A stretch of 64,000 nt of DNA from Marsupella aquatica. Lineage: Eukaryota > Plantae > Marchantiophyta. Both the position numbers and the translations under genes were made by a program. Under the pieces are notes generated by a model. The model ran no database searches. It had not been told where the DNA came from and saw only the letters and a program-made list of their open reading frames with translations. Shown here piece by piece: positions 13,057 to 25,272 of this stretch (position 1 is its first letter; every line of letters begins with the position of its first letter). The stretch lies in assembly GCA_973895155.1 (NCBI GenBank), contig OZ316891.1, forward strand, positions 9,053,875 through 9,117,874, read 5' to 3'.

Positions 13057-14913
13057 CTAATCCTCCTCTTCTTCTTCGCTCTCGGTGCCCGGACTTGTGC
13101 CCCGTGAGTGGTCCTCCTCCTCATCACTCACGGGAGTGAGTGCCACCGTACTTTTCTTCTTCTTCGACGGAGTACTCTTAGTGCTGCTGCTCCCGCGCTT
13201 CCTCAAAGCAGCCAAGGCCTGCCACGCCTTGATGTACCCCTCACCAATTGTGTCCTTCCAGAGGGTAGCCTCTTCTCCGGACCGCAACTCCAACGGTAGA
13301 ACTTGCCCCGTGGCCATGGGAGTCCCGGGGGTGACAGACCTGGGTGGCATCCCCGTACTGACCTGAGCCTCCCGTAACGATTTCCGTACCTCCCGGAGCT
13401 TCTTCTCCAAGCTCTTACTCTTCTCCTGACTCTTCTTGGCTCCATCCAACAAGGGTCCATACTTCCCACTAACCTCCTTCACCACCATCTCGATAGCTTG
13501 GGAGATCACATCCGGGGAAAGTGTGGAGCCAGGTGTGCCGGGACTCTTCCGTTTCCCTAGACTCAGGGCCTCACTTCTCTTCGCTCGTGTCTCAAAGGCT
13601 GCCACCTGACTCCGTAGTGCTCCCACCTGGTTCCTCCACTCCATCACTTCTCCAGAATTTTGCTTCTCTTTGGCCAATGCTTGCCTCAACGCTCCTACTT
13701 CTTCTGCTTCCTTGGCCTTGGTGGACAAAGCTCCCTTCAAGTTGGTGATCTCTACGTGAGCTGCATTGATGTGCCTGACCTTCTCATGAATGGTCTGCTC
13801 CTTGGTCTTGATCACCTCCTTCAGTGACAGGATGCTCTGCTCTAACGTCTCTACTTTGACTGTGGCGTGCTTGAGAGACTCCCTCAATGCGTGGACTAGC
13901 TTGAGTCCCTCGTGGACTCCCTCTCTGAAATCCCGTAGCTCTGCCAAGTAAACATCCGGAATGTTGTATTCCAGAGGCTGTTTCGGATCTCCCACGAGTG
14001 ATTCAAGCCACTCCAATGTGCAATCATCCTCCTGGTTCTCTTCTTCTCTATTATCCTCCCCACCAGCAGACAATGATTCCTCCGTGAGCTTCCCTAAAAC
14101 GGTAGTGGCAATACTCCGGATCTCCGTGGTGAGAGATGATCCCGTGTCTTCATGCCCCGGAGAACCAATCAACCCTTCTGCCCTGGCCAATACAAATGAC
14201 CCCATCAAATGTACAGCCCCACCTGGTTTCACACTCCCGGGCTCAGCGGCCAATAGCTTCTTCAATCCGTAGCACCACCATCCGTACACATGGGCTGGGT
14301 AGTTCTTGATGTCCATAGCTACCACGAAATGCTCCTCATTCAGCACTCCGGATTGCACGTTGCCAAGAACCCGTTGATGCACCTTGGCCAGGAAGCCCTT
14401 ATACTCAACATCCTTGACAGCAGAAAGAGGGATGGCGGTGGTGGAGGTAGGATTGGTCACCCAAGTGGCCACCATTTTCAACGTGAGTTCTCCCCTGATA
14501 TTCCGAGGTGTGAATGAGAATTTCTGATTCTCAAGAAACAATAGCTTAGCCAACTCCACATGGGGCACTACACGTTTGAGACATTCAAAGTAGATTCCCT
14601 CCGTTCGGAACTCCATCCCGGCCTCAATGTCCCAGCTCTTCCCTGAAGGGATGGTAATCTCCACCTTCATGAATTCTGTAAGCCCGGTGGCTTGGAAAAT
14701 GTTCCGACAATCCTCCATCACCTTGGTGGAGGTCTTGGGATAAATTCGACGAAAAATCTTCCTACCCACCGGTGAGGAACCCGCTGCCAATCCCGTGCTC
14801 ATCATAACTTCTCTCTCTTCCCTTTCCCGTGTAATCCGAGTCTCCACGTAGTCACGGTAAGCAGCCTTGTATCTCCGAATGCGTGACGCACTAAACTCTG
14901 GTTGATCTAGCAT
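13057..14913 (-). CDS. LTR-encoded 618-aa protein: N-terminal globular domain resembling gypsy accessory proteins, central coiled coil, basic NLS-like and acidic C-terminus
   Basis: Uninterrupted ATG-to-stop ORF. Heptad-rich segment (LKHATVKVETLEQSILSLKEVIK...), PSKKKKS, terminal ESEEEEED. Weak motif similarity to the ORF at 54609-55520. Confidence 0.75.
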   Translation of the reverse strand: MLDQPEFSASRIRRYKAAYRDYVETRITREREEREVMMSTGLAAGSSPVGRKIFRRIYPKTSTKVMEDCRNIFQATGLTEFMKVEITIPSGKSWDIEAGMEFRTEGIYFECLKRVVPHVELAKLLFLENQKFSFTPRNIRGELTLKMVATWVTNPTSTTAIPLSAVKDVEYKGFLAKVHQRVLGNVQSGVLNEEHFVVAMDIKNYPAHVYGWWCYGLKKLLAAEPGSVKPGGAVHLMGSFVLARAEGLIGSPGHEDTGSSLTTEIRSIATTVLGKLTEESLSAGGEDNREEENQEDDCTLEWLESLVGDPKQPLEYNIPDVYLAELRDFREGVHEGLKLVHALRESLKHATVKVETLEQSILSLKEVIKTKEQTIHEKVRHINAAHVEITNLKGALSTKAKEAEEVGALRQALAKEKQNSGEVMEWRNQVGALRSQVAAFETRAKRSEALSLGKRKSPGTPGSTLSPDVISQAIEMVVKEVSGKYGPLLDGAKKSQEKSKSLEKKLREVRKSLREAQVSTGMPPRSVTPGTPMATGQVLPLELRSGEEATLWKDTIGEGYIKAWQALAALRKRGSSSTKSTPSKKKKSTVALTPVSDEEEDHSRGTSPGTESEEEEED

Positions 14914-15338
14914 CCATGCATCCCGAAATCAATTTCTCAATCACCAATCCCGTCACCCGTGGCAATGTCAATTCCCTGGCCCGAAACAGCCCCCGTAGCC
15001 CGATCACTTAAATTCTCTCAATTTCCCGTCACTACTCCGTGCGGCCGCCACTAATGCCTGGAAGAATGACGCCAGCAAGCCCCACTAATCCACCATGAAA
15101 GAGAGAGCTTCAAAAATAATTAGAATCTGGAGAGAGCTTCCGGCAAGAGAGAGAAGAACCCCGTTTTTGCTTTCGGCAATGAGAGGGTCGTGCAAAAGGA
15201 AGAGGGAAAGAAAAAGGAAGGAAAAAAAAATAGAACCGAAAAAACTCCTGGCGCCTTCGCCATGCGCCCCGGCCCATTTCTCGGGCCTTACCCTTGCGTC
15301 CTCCTGCGCGCGGCCCTATGCAGGGCGCGCGGCCATTC

Positions 15339-15570
15339 CTCCCGGCTCGCGGGAGGCCCTTCAACTCCCCCCCGCTCGCGTGATCCTCCCAGCTCGAGGG
15401 AGGCCCTTTAACTCCCCCCCGCTCGCGTGATCCTCCCAGCTCGCGGGAGGCCCTTTAACTCCCCCCCGCTCGCGTGATCCTCCCAGCTCGCGGGAGGCCC
15501 TTTAACTCCCCCCCGCTCGCGTGATCCTCCCAGCTCGCGGGAGGCCCTTTAACTCCCCCCCCCCCGCTCG
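15339..15570. repeat. GC-rich tandem repeat, ~47-bp unit, ~5 copies
   Basis: Unit CTCCCAGCTCGCGGGAGGCCCTTTAACTCCCCCCCGCTCGCGTGATC starting near 15339, 15386, 15433, 15480 and 15527. Confidence 0.95.
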
Positions 15571-16589
15571 CTTGCGCTCCTTCAGCTCGCGGAGCCTCAT
15601 TAATTGCCCGGGCACGCAGCCCTATGGGCTCGCGAGGCAGCCCCTCTTTCTCTCGGACGGCCACTAATGGGACTCGCCCTCCTGAGGAGGGATTTATTTA
15701 AAAAAAAACCCCCCCCTCTCCTGACTTTGCAATGGGGGTCTCAACAATAGCTCTTGAAGCAAAACGGTAAGTCCTATGGGGCTGGTCCTGGCTAGTTTCA
15801 AGGTCCCAAAATATTTGCCCACTTAGGTCGCCGCAAATCTTAGAACTATTATGAGAGAAAGAATATAAAGTCACCTGGGGCATCATCAACCTATAATGAC
15901 GGAATTAACTAAAAATTAAAAAATGGCTTATTTACATTGACTATTAACAAGGTATCGGCCTTTGCAACCAGTTATGTGTGACTTCCCGTGACGGGGTACC
16001 CGTCACACTTCTCCTTCAGTCTCATTCTTCAATCTCGTCTTCGGCTTCGCGTATCAATTCTCCATCAATTTCCACAACGGTTCCTGCCTCCTCACTCAAT
16101 CTGCGATTGACTGTTTTTCTTCCATGCTGTCTCGATCGTCTTATTCCAGTTTTGTTGTTGTCCTATTGGGAATTCCACTATTGTCCCTTATGGATTGAGA
16201 CAGTGGCTGCCTTTCTTAGCCTATCTCGCCTTCTCGTATCTCCTTGTGAAGATTGATTCTGTCCTTGAGTGAATTCTTCCCAAAAATTTACTCAAGATCC
16301 TAATTTTGGTGCTTTCTCAATGTTTCGTCAGGATTTCAGATTCGATACGCCATAGCCTCTTGCTCCAAGCTGGTAGAAGTGCTGATAACGTGTTATGTAT
16401 AAACTTCAACCGCATCCCGAACTTCTCCCTGGCAAATGAGGGTACAAAGTAGGTGCCTAACTATGGTTAGGTTAGGTTAGGATTTAACTAGGGTATCTTA
16501 ACAAAAATGTAATTTTATAATATGAATTTAAAGATATAAATAAATAAATAATATAAAAACTTTTAAAAGTAATCAAAATACAAAGAATA

Positions 16590-19500
16590 TGTCAGAGTCT
16601 AAAATGAGAATCAATTTAGTATAGGTAAGTATGTGAGTACATATAGTCTGGTTGGGTGACCGGTTGGTCCGGTCGTCCGGTCATAGGTAGAGTCTAACAC
16701 TCCCCTTTGGATATATAGTGACAACTATATAGACAACATACACTATACCTATTATATCATGTTCATAGGAAATACATGATATAAGTACAAGCGAGGTAGA
16801 CTGCCTCGTTAAAAAACCTTTATCAACTCTAGCTTAGTAAAAACTCTATCAGTGTAGCAGAGAAAAAATATGAGTGCTAAAGGAAAAAGAGTGCAGCCTA
16901 ACAGTCCTCATCGTAATAAATGTCAATGTTAAGTAAAGTTAGATGTTATGGTAAATCTAGCTTTAATATCTGTTTCAATAGTAGGTCGTCAGCATCATGT
17001 CATCAGCATCATGTCGCCAACATCATCAAGCATCATGTGGAGCAGTAGCCTCCACGGTCATCATGCGTCGCACACTCCGCAGTCCAATCGCCTGGCAGTG
17101 TCGGTGGTGAACTGATGGCGATAGTGATTTGGTGAAGAGATCCGCACAGTTGTCTACACTTGAAATCTGCAAAATGTTGATCTCTTTTCCATGTAACTCG
17201 TGGGTGTAGAAAAACTTTGGAGCTATATGTTTCACGCGATCGCCTTTGATGAATCCTTTTGTGATCTACTGTATACATGCTGTGTTATCCTCAAAAATGT
17301 TAGTAGGTTTCATTAGTGGTGGTAGGCCGCATTTGGTGTTGATGTGGTTTATAAAGGATCGTAACCAAACGGCTTCACGACTAGCCTCATGTAGAGCTAA
17401 GATTTATGAGTGATTCGATGAGGTTGCTGTTAGGGTCTGTTTCACGCTTTTCCAAGAAAAAGCGGTACCCCCTATGGTAAAAACATATCCGGTTTGGGAT
17501 TTTGTGGTATCAGTGTCGAAGAGATATCCGGCATCCGCATATCCTATGAGCTCGTGGTTTGCACCGAATGGGTAAAATAACCCGGTATTGGTGGTTTCAC
17601 ATAGGTATCTAAATACGTGCTTAACTCCATTCCAGTGTCTGGCTGTGGGAGTTGCACTATGTAGCTAGTAAGTTAACTGCAAATGCAATGTCTGGTCGTG
17701 TCTGATTTGCTAGGTACATCAATCCTCCTATCGCAGAAAGATACGGAGTTTGTGGTCCTAATATTGGTTCATGTTCTTTGCGCTTGCAAAAAACATCAGT
17801 ATTGTTTTCTAATGAACGTACTACCATTGGTGATGTCAATGGATGTGCTAGGTTCATATTGAACTGTTTTAGGATCTTTTCGGTTTGTGTTGTTTGATGG
17901 AGCATCATTCCAGTAGGTAAGATCTTCAGTTGTAAGCCTAAGCAAAAGTTTGTATGTCCAAGGTCTTTCATCTCAAATGTTGATTTAAGACGAGTGATAG
18001 TATCTTCGGTAATTTGGGTTGTCCCAAATATGTTTAAGTCATCAACATAGATAGAAACGATGACATATTCGTCATCCACATGTTTAATAAATAAACATGG
18101 TGTAATGGCATCATGGGAAAAACCCATGGCAATCATTTCATCGGTAAATCTTTGATACCATACTCTGCCACTTTGTTTCAGGCCATATAATGCCTTCAAC
18201 ATGCGGATAGCTAGTCCGCGGCGAGTATTCCGTATGGTTGACACAGCGGTGTCGTTATTATGAGTTACATGTGTAGATGACACATGAGGTATAACTTGAG
18301 ATAATTGTTTTATAATCTTATGTAAATATGGGATATGCGATTTAGCGCCTTGAGCTAAAGCTCGGCGACGTTGCTCCAACTCGGGAGGTGATCGCATGTA
18401 TAGACAAGTGTCTAAAGTTCCATATAGATATGCGGTCGCAACATCTAGTTGTCGCATTTGTAGTTTATGGAAAATGGCAAATCCGATAAGGTATAGGAAT
18501 GTTGTGCTATCCATAACTGGTGAGTAAGTTTCATCGTAATGAATTCCCGGTTGTTGGATAAATCCTTTCCCTACCAGACGTGCTTTGTAGCGTACAACTT
18601 GGTCTTTATCATTTCTTCTGCGGACGAATGTCCACTTGTAGCCAATGAGATGTACATCTTGGGGTGTTGGCTCAACTGGGCCAAAAGTGTGTCTGCTTAG
18701 TAGGGAATCTAATTCTCCGTTTATAGCTTTTTGCCATTCAGGCCAATCTGGTCTGTTTTGGCATTCTAAGATGGATATTGGTTTGGGTGTTTCGTCTGTG
18801 ATATGTGTTGCCACCATTAATGCAAAAGCATCATCTATTGAAGTAGTATTTATATCCCACATCGTATTGGTGTGTGCGTAGTGGATAGAAATCTCCTCAT
18901 GAGTTGTGGATTCGTTATGATCGGCATTAGGTGAAGGTGGTATAGATGAACCATGCCTTCTTGGTTGTTTATCCTTTGATCCCAATAGTCTGCCACGTTT
19001 GGCACGAGGTTGGGATGTACTTGCTGGCTCACTTGATAATTTGATGTGAGCGGATGCTCTCGCAGCTGGAATATGTGAGCGGGTAACTTGTGATGTATCG
19101 ACGAAAGCGTCAGGAAGTTCTTCCACAATCTTGTGGAGTTGCAAAATTTGTTGAACTTCTTTCTCCCCTTGATTGGTTCTAAGGTCTTGCCAAAATGACG
19201 AGTGTCTTTCCCACTCCAAAGGTGGTTGTGGGTGTTCAGGGGTTATTAATGGTGGGTAAATGTATTCATCAAAGTGGCAATCTAGAAATCTGGCTTTAAA
19301 AACGTCACCAGTTGTAGGCTCCATATATCGGATTATGGATGGTGAGTCGAATCCAATGTATATTCCTAACTGTCGTTGGGGTCCCATCTTGGTTTGTTTG
19401 GGTGGAGTAATGGGGACCATTACTTGACATCCAAATGAACGAAGATGTGATAGGTAAGGTTTAATACCATTAGCAATTTGGTATGGGCTATAGGTATTAA

Positions 19501-22500
19501 AAGCCGATGGGCGGTATTGGATTAATGCATTAGCCTGTAATATGGCGTGTCCCCATGCTGAGACGGGGAGTTTCGACTGCATTAGTAGTGGGCGTGCAAT
19601 TAACTGGAGGCGTTTAATGACCGCTTCAGCTAATCCATTCTGAAAATGTACGTGAGGTACAGGATATTGTACGTTAATGCCAAGTGATGTGCAAAAGTCA
19701 TCAAATGTTTTGGATGTGAATTCCCTTGCATTGTCCACCCTTAGTGTCTTAATGGGGTGGTCTAGGAATTGTGCTTTCACGCGCAGGATTTGCGCCAAAA
19801 TGCGAGGCATAACCATGTTCCTCGTTGAAAGCAGTGTCACATTTGACCATTTAGTTGATGCGTCGATTAATACCATAAAGTAGCGGAAAGGTCCGCTCGG
19901 AGGGTTAATTGGCCCGCAAACATCTACATGGATGATTTCCAAGAATTGGGGTATTTTAGTTGGCAATTTTGATGCCGTGGGCCTTGTTATTAATTTTCCG
20001 CGTGAGCATGCAGTGCATGGGGTGCTCGCTGGAATGTGGCGTGTATTGATTGGAATGCCTCTTGAATTCTTAATGATTTTGGTTAGCATTGATTGGCCGG
20101 GGTGGCCGGGGTGGCCGAGGTGTGCATGCCAAAGCGCATGCAATTCGCTTGTGTTGGCATTGTTATGCAGGCATTCAATATGAGTTACATAAAACCCGCA
20201 AGGATACAAGAAAATGGTTTCTTTAATGATTTTCCCCGTAGGGGTATTTTCAACCAAGTGGATGACTTCTTGGTCTCTTGTATCGCCTATTTGGACGTGT
20301 AGTCCATTTTCTCGTATATCTCTAAAACTGAGGAGATTACGAGTTGCATTCAGGGCGAAAATAGCAGATTCTATGTGTATTTTGGTCCCCTGCGGGAGTC
20401 TAATAGAAGCTGGGCTGAAGCCCTCTTCTATTTGGCTAGGACCATTGATAGTGGTGAGAGACCTACATGAGGGTGTAATCTTGTGGAAAAGGTGTCTATC
20501 CCTGAGGATAGTATGCGTGGTCGCACTGTCGATAATACATGTGCTTGGACTATTTAAATCTGGTGTAGTGGAGCTACTTGCCACTAAGTGTGCCTCGGGT
20601 TGGGCGGGTAGGTCTGAAAAGTCTTGGAATGGGTCACTCGACTCCATAAACGCCCCGTGGGTTTCACAGGGTGGTGCCCTTGATGTTTGTCCATCCTGGA
20701 GGGACCGTTGATATAATTCTCTAAGGTGTTGCGGGATTCTACAATTTCTCGCTAGGTGGTTTATCATGCCACATTCATGGCATTTCGGTCGTTCCCTTTG
20801 TTGTTAGGATTGTGACCAATCATTTCTGCGGTTGTTGATGTATGTTCTTCCACTGCCGCATCCTCCGCGTCCGCCACGTCCTCCTCGTCCTTCTCGTCCA
20901 CCACGTCCTCCACGTCCTCTAAAGGTCCGTTGGGAGTTATATTGTGGACGTTGGTTATAGAAACTCCCCCTGTTATGGGTGTTTCTTTGGTTGCCATTCT
21001 TAGTGCGCTTAATGCCTTGCCTCGATGTGGAGGGTTCAACATTTTCTATGTTATGGGTTTCATTCTGTTGTCCTGAGGGCAGTGTGCCCGCAGGTCATTT
21101 CCTAGAGTTTACTAAAAGAAGTTCTTGGTTTCTTTCGGTGACTAGGAGGTGGGCTATGAGCTCGGAGTATTGCCCGAACTTCATGTTTCGATACTATGTT
21201 GATAGCAACACATTCGATGAATGAAATATCGACAAGGTCTTCTCTAGCAGATCCTTGTCTGTGACCGGCTCGCCACATAGTGCGAGGGTTGAGGTTATTC
21301 TAAAGAGTTCGCTATTGTAGGTTGAAATAGAGGTAAAGTCTTGGACTCGTAGGTTTAGCCAGTCTTGCCTGGCTTTAGGTAGTTCAACCAGTTTTTGGTG
21401 GTCGAATCGGGTTTGGAGCGCTGTCCATAGTTCACGAGGGGTTGAGAGGTGCATGTATTGTCTTTGCAAGAATCTATGGATATGGCGTCTAAGGAATACG
21501 AGAGCCTTAGATTCGTTGGCTTTAGTTAACGGGTCTGGTTGGGGTTCGCCAACTAGTATGGGTTGAGCCATCCCTATAGCTGGGAGTAGGGTTAGCAAGG
21601 TTAGGTTCTCTCTGAGGTTCATTGACCATTCCAGGTAGTTTCTACCATCGATTTCTAGGGCTAGAAAAGTTAGTTTCTCTAGGTTGGTCATCCGGGTGGT
21701 GGCTTGATTCCTTTTAATGATAATGGTGCTTATTTACTAGTAAGTATAGTAAGAAACGACAAAGCACATTTCTGCGGTATGCAAAGTGGGGCTGGGTGGA
21801 GAGAGCATGCAAATTTGGAATTCGATTTTAGGGTTTGCACTTAGGATTTAGGTTTTCTTTGGTATTTGGTTAACTGCAAAGTTTCCTTTGTATTTGTTCT
21901 TTCCTTTGTTAAACTGTGCAGTAATGAAGTTTTGCAGTTTGTGCAGTTATTGGTGGTTATTTACTCGTGCCCTGGTTAAGTGCACATGCGGCTTTGTAAG
22001 GTGAATTTTCTTTGTTACGAAATGCAGTTATGGAGGTTTTGCGATTATGTGCGCTTATTTGGTTAAGTGCAACTTTTCCTTTGTAATTGAAATCTCTTTG
22101 ACGGATTTTGCAGTTAAGGAGGGTTATGCACTTAGCAGCGGTTTTCGATGTTTTTTTGACGTTTTGCAGTCTCAATGTGGTGGGATTTGATTGCAGTTGC
22201 GCCCCTTGTGCGCTGCTTTCTTTGGCTGCGCCTTGTAATGCGCCTCTCCGATTCTTTCTCTCCTGATTCTGCTGTGCGATTTGCTTCCCTGTAGTAGATG
22301 CTGCTCTTTCTTCAAGGGCGAGGTCAACAGAACATCAAAGCTCTATACTCTCTGCTGTGCTCTCTGTTAGTGCCTCCCAATGCTTCTGCTGCTTCAATTC
22401 TCTCTTCCTTATTCAGTTTTGCGTCATGTCTAATTTTGTCCTTGTTGCCCATGACATCTCGCTGTCTAAATGCTCGGATGGTTCTCTCAAGGCGCGCGTA

Positions 22501-23200
22501 GCCTTTTCTCCTCCACCCTATCTGCAGGCTACATCTGCTAGCGCCGGGTCCATCTCTTCCTTCGACTGCTTCTGTATGCTTGTCAATTCGTTTCCTACTG
22601 CTAGCGGCCCTCGTCTCGATTTCTCATTTCGCCATGGCTATTGTTAATTTCCTGCGCTCCCTCTTTCTTCGATTTTCGAAAGGGCTCGCATTTGTATCAG
22701 CGACGTTCGGAATCGTTCGCTTCTCGTAACCTTAGCAGAAACGTTCGGCCTTACCATGCGCCCATGTTTCCTTCTCTTTCTCCTTTGGCATCATCGATCC
22801 TTGGTGATTGGGTCCATCGGACCCATGCTGCATCTTCGCGAGCTTTTCTTTCTTCTCGATCCTTGTTGTCTAAGTTAATTCGTTCTCACCTTGTGCAGTT
22901 TCGATTTTTGATCTGCTTAAGGGAGCAGTCTATTGGAAAACGATCTCCCGTCTTCTAGGAGTATTAGCCGATGGTTATCTTTGCAAGGTCATGTCGGAAC
23001 ATTGACTTCATTAGATGAATGACCTCGACTCTTTCATAGGTTTTCTTCTCGATTCTCTGCTCCGCTCTCTGAGCTTTCGTGCTGATAACGTGTCAGAGTC
23101 TAAAATGAGAATCAGTTTAGTATAGGTAAGTATGTGAGTACATATAGTCTGATCGGGTGACCGGTTGGTCCGGTCGTCCGGTCATAGGTAGAGTCTAACA
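16590..23200 (-). mobile_element. Full-length Ty1/copia Bianca-lineage element B
   Basis: LTRs at 16590-16699 and 23091-23200 (110 bp, 3 mismatches by eye). TSD GAATA at 16585-16589 and 23201-23205. PBS CGTTATCAGCACGA, PPT AAAGGGGAG, domain order gag-PR-IN-RT-RH. Confidence 0.97.
17026..21691 (-). pseudogene. Bianca gag-pol polyprotein with a few premature stops and a frameshift before RNase H
   Basis: Gag starts MTNLEKLTFLALEIDGRNYLEW. Zinc knuckle CHECGMINHLARNC, protease IIDSAT, integrase HVDVCGP/RVDNA/NGLAE, RT YKARLV/LYGLKQSGR/YVDD, RNase H KHIAPKFFYTHE. The long open segment is 17657..20767. Confidence 0.95.
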
Positions 23201-25272
23201 GAATACACCTTGACTACATTATATTGAAACAAAATTATGAACTATGTGTCAGGAATGTTAATAAAACAGAAATAACAATAATCAAAGAATATACGTTGAC
23301 TTCATATTATTGAAACAAAATTATGTGTGAGGAATGTGAATAAAACAAAATAACCTGAGTAGGCTAGACGCTATATTATTTGAGATGGCAGGGGTGGACG
23401 TGTCTGTCGAGCTTGTGCATGAAATGTCGAGTGCTTGAATTTCATCGTCTCATGGATGTAGATTTGCAGTTCGAGGCTGGCCGTGAGCTTTAGAGTCCTG
23501 CTCCTCACTTCAACATCGCATCCGAAAAGAGTTGAACTCCGAGGTTAATAAAGAGCGCTCCAGAATCCCCACGCTGAACACATTTCATTTTGCTCCTTTC
23601 CTTCACTCTTGGAACACATGAATGCCTGAATTGCACTGCCTGAATTGCACCCGCAAACATTCCTATCGAAACCAAAGGAATGATGCCAACAATTCTCGTC
23701 TCTAATAAGATACTACGTCCTGACGCTTCAGAGAATGCCACAGTTGTATCTCTCTACACTCAGGATTACACAGTAGAATAGCCACGTAGCAGAACTGGCT
23801 ATCCACTCTTCATGATGCAGTCAATCACCAGTCCATCACAAATGAAGGCTAATCAATGGATTTTCTTCAGCTGAAACGCACGCTTTCCACGTAAATCTTT
23901 CGTTCGCTTCGACTCACTCTGGAGAGAACGCTACGAGTTTAGAACGCTCATCGAGAATTTGGAGAGCACCGGTCATGTAAAGACGAGGAATCATTTGAGA
24001 TTGCCGTTTCAAATCTGATTGGAATGAAGAGACCATTCTGCAAAAATATCGACCGGAACCTCTATTTCTGCAACCAGAATCTATATTTTTCAAAACAGAT
24101 AATACGAGAAGGCATACTTCAGAGCCCGCGGAGTGACGAGATTGGACATGTTTTGTAAACGAACTGGCAATACAGATTAACGATTGTAATAGATCTTGTC
24201 ATGTGGCTGCAAACCGACTGTAGTCCGTCAAATTAAACCCCGTTTCTTTCATCACGGTTCGAAACATGTACATCGTTCAAAAATTGTTTACATTTCAATG
24301 ACTGGCCCTGTCCCTAGTTGGCCTGCTTTGTTTTCCGAAAAGGAAAGTAAATTATACAAATGGAGTTCCCGATAATGGCAGCATGCGGCGTTCCAGATGT
24401 TTACCAGTAAGAGAGATCCGCATTGCCAAGTTTGAGGGGAACTCAAAAGAGCCTAATGTATCGCAGGTAGGGTGTAAGGGGCAGTGCAGTGCAGTGACAG
24501 GAAGTTCACAACTCCCTGTGTCCAACAGTACACATCGCAATCAGGCGAAAATCTGGATATGCCGCACAGATCGCGAGAGCACATTTAATGTTCCTGAAAG
24601 CTGCTTTTGGTCGAGTCCAAAGTCGCGCTTAACAGCCGGTAAAGACGGTCCTGGCATCTGGGAAAGCTAGGCACGAGGAAAGACCTTCACCTTCATTAAC
24701 GCGCATGTTTAGAATGCGGCCCGGACTACGTGAAGACTTTGACAAGGCGTAATTGTGCCGGCGACTGCGAGAGACGATCCAAAACGGAGTCCTTGCTTGG
24801 AGAGAAACACCTTGGAGGTGTTCTCTCCCGTGAGTTTTCTCACCCTCCGCGGGTTATCCACTGCTTTGCACTGTTCTCCTTTCTGTTAATGTAGTTGAAC
24901 TTTCAAGACAAAACGCCTTGGAGCCAAGTACTTTATCACAAGTAATGTTCTGCGCGGGGAGAAACGAACGTTTATCAACACACGCATGCACATACGAAAA
25001 TGCGATACAGAATGGGGCGGGACTTGAAGAAAGAGATTCGTTCGTTTCAAGTTTGTCTGCGACGGAGGACTCTTCCACTGACGGACAGACAAAAAGTCAG
25101 CCTAGACTACAGAATCAACATATAAAAACCGGTGGCAGGACCACATTGGACAACTTGTAACGTAATGCTACAAGTAAACACCAATATCTTGAGGCGTGAA
25201 CAAGAAAACTCTTCCACTGCCAGACTCAGAGGAAAACCGAAACAGAACCAGGAATGACATTGCTTGGTCAAA

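Larger units (their letters stand above)
11946..16007 (-). mobile_element. Solo LTR-like insert, 4062 bp, carrying an intact 618-aa ORF
   Basis: TGT...ACA termini. TSD CTTCT at 11941-11945 and 16008-16012. Inserted in the leader of Bianca A. No gag/pol and no terminal direct repeats. Confidence 0.85.
3756..16503 (-). mobile_element. Ty1/copia Bianca-lineage element A (5' half), split by nested insertions
   Basis: 5' LTR at 16391-16503 (TG...CA) adjoins the PBS CGTTATCAGCAC. Gag pieces lie at ~10563-10755 and 7700-8426 (EKLNFLPLTIEGENYL, KALVFIRHHL). Protease (CIVDSGT) is at 7299-7560 and GAG-pre-integrase (LWHTRPGH, CMACSQGKL) at 3756-4150. Reading frames rejoin once the inserts are removed. 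Confidence 0.9.

Noticed and set aside
13085-14517. Plus-strand ORFs overlapping the 618-aa ORF
   Set aside because: Antisense shadows of the real coding strand.
15339-15570. CRISPR-like array
   Set aside because: The units are contiguous with no unique spacers, there are no cas genes, and the context is eukaryotic.
23400-25250. Short ORFs downstream of the trihelix gene
   Set aside because: No recognisable domains; probably intron or 3' UTR. A small terminal exon could not be located with confidence.
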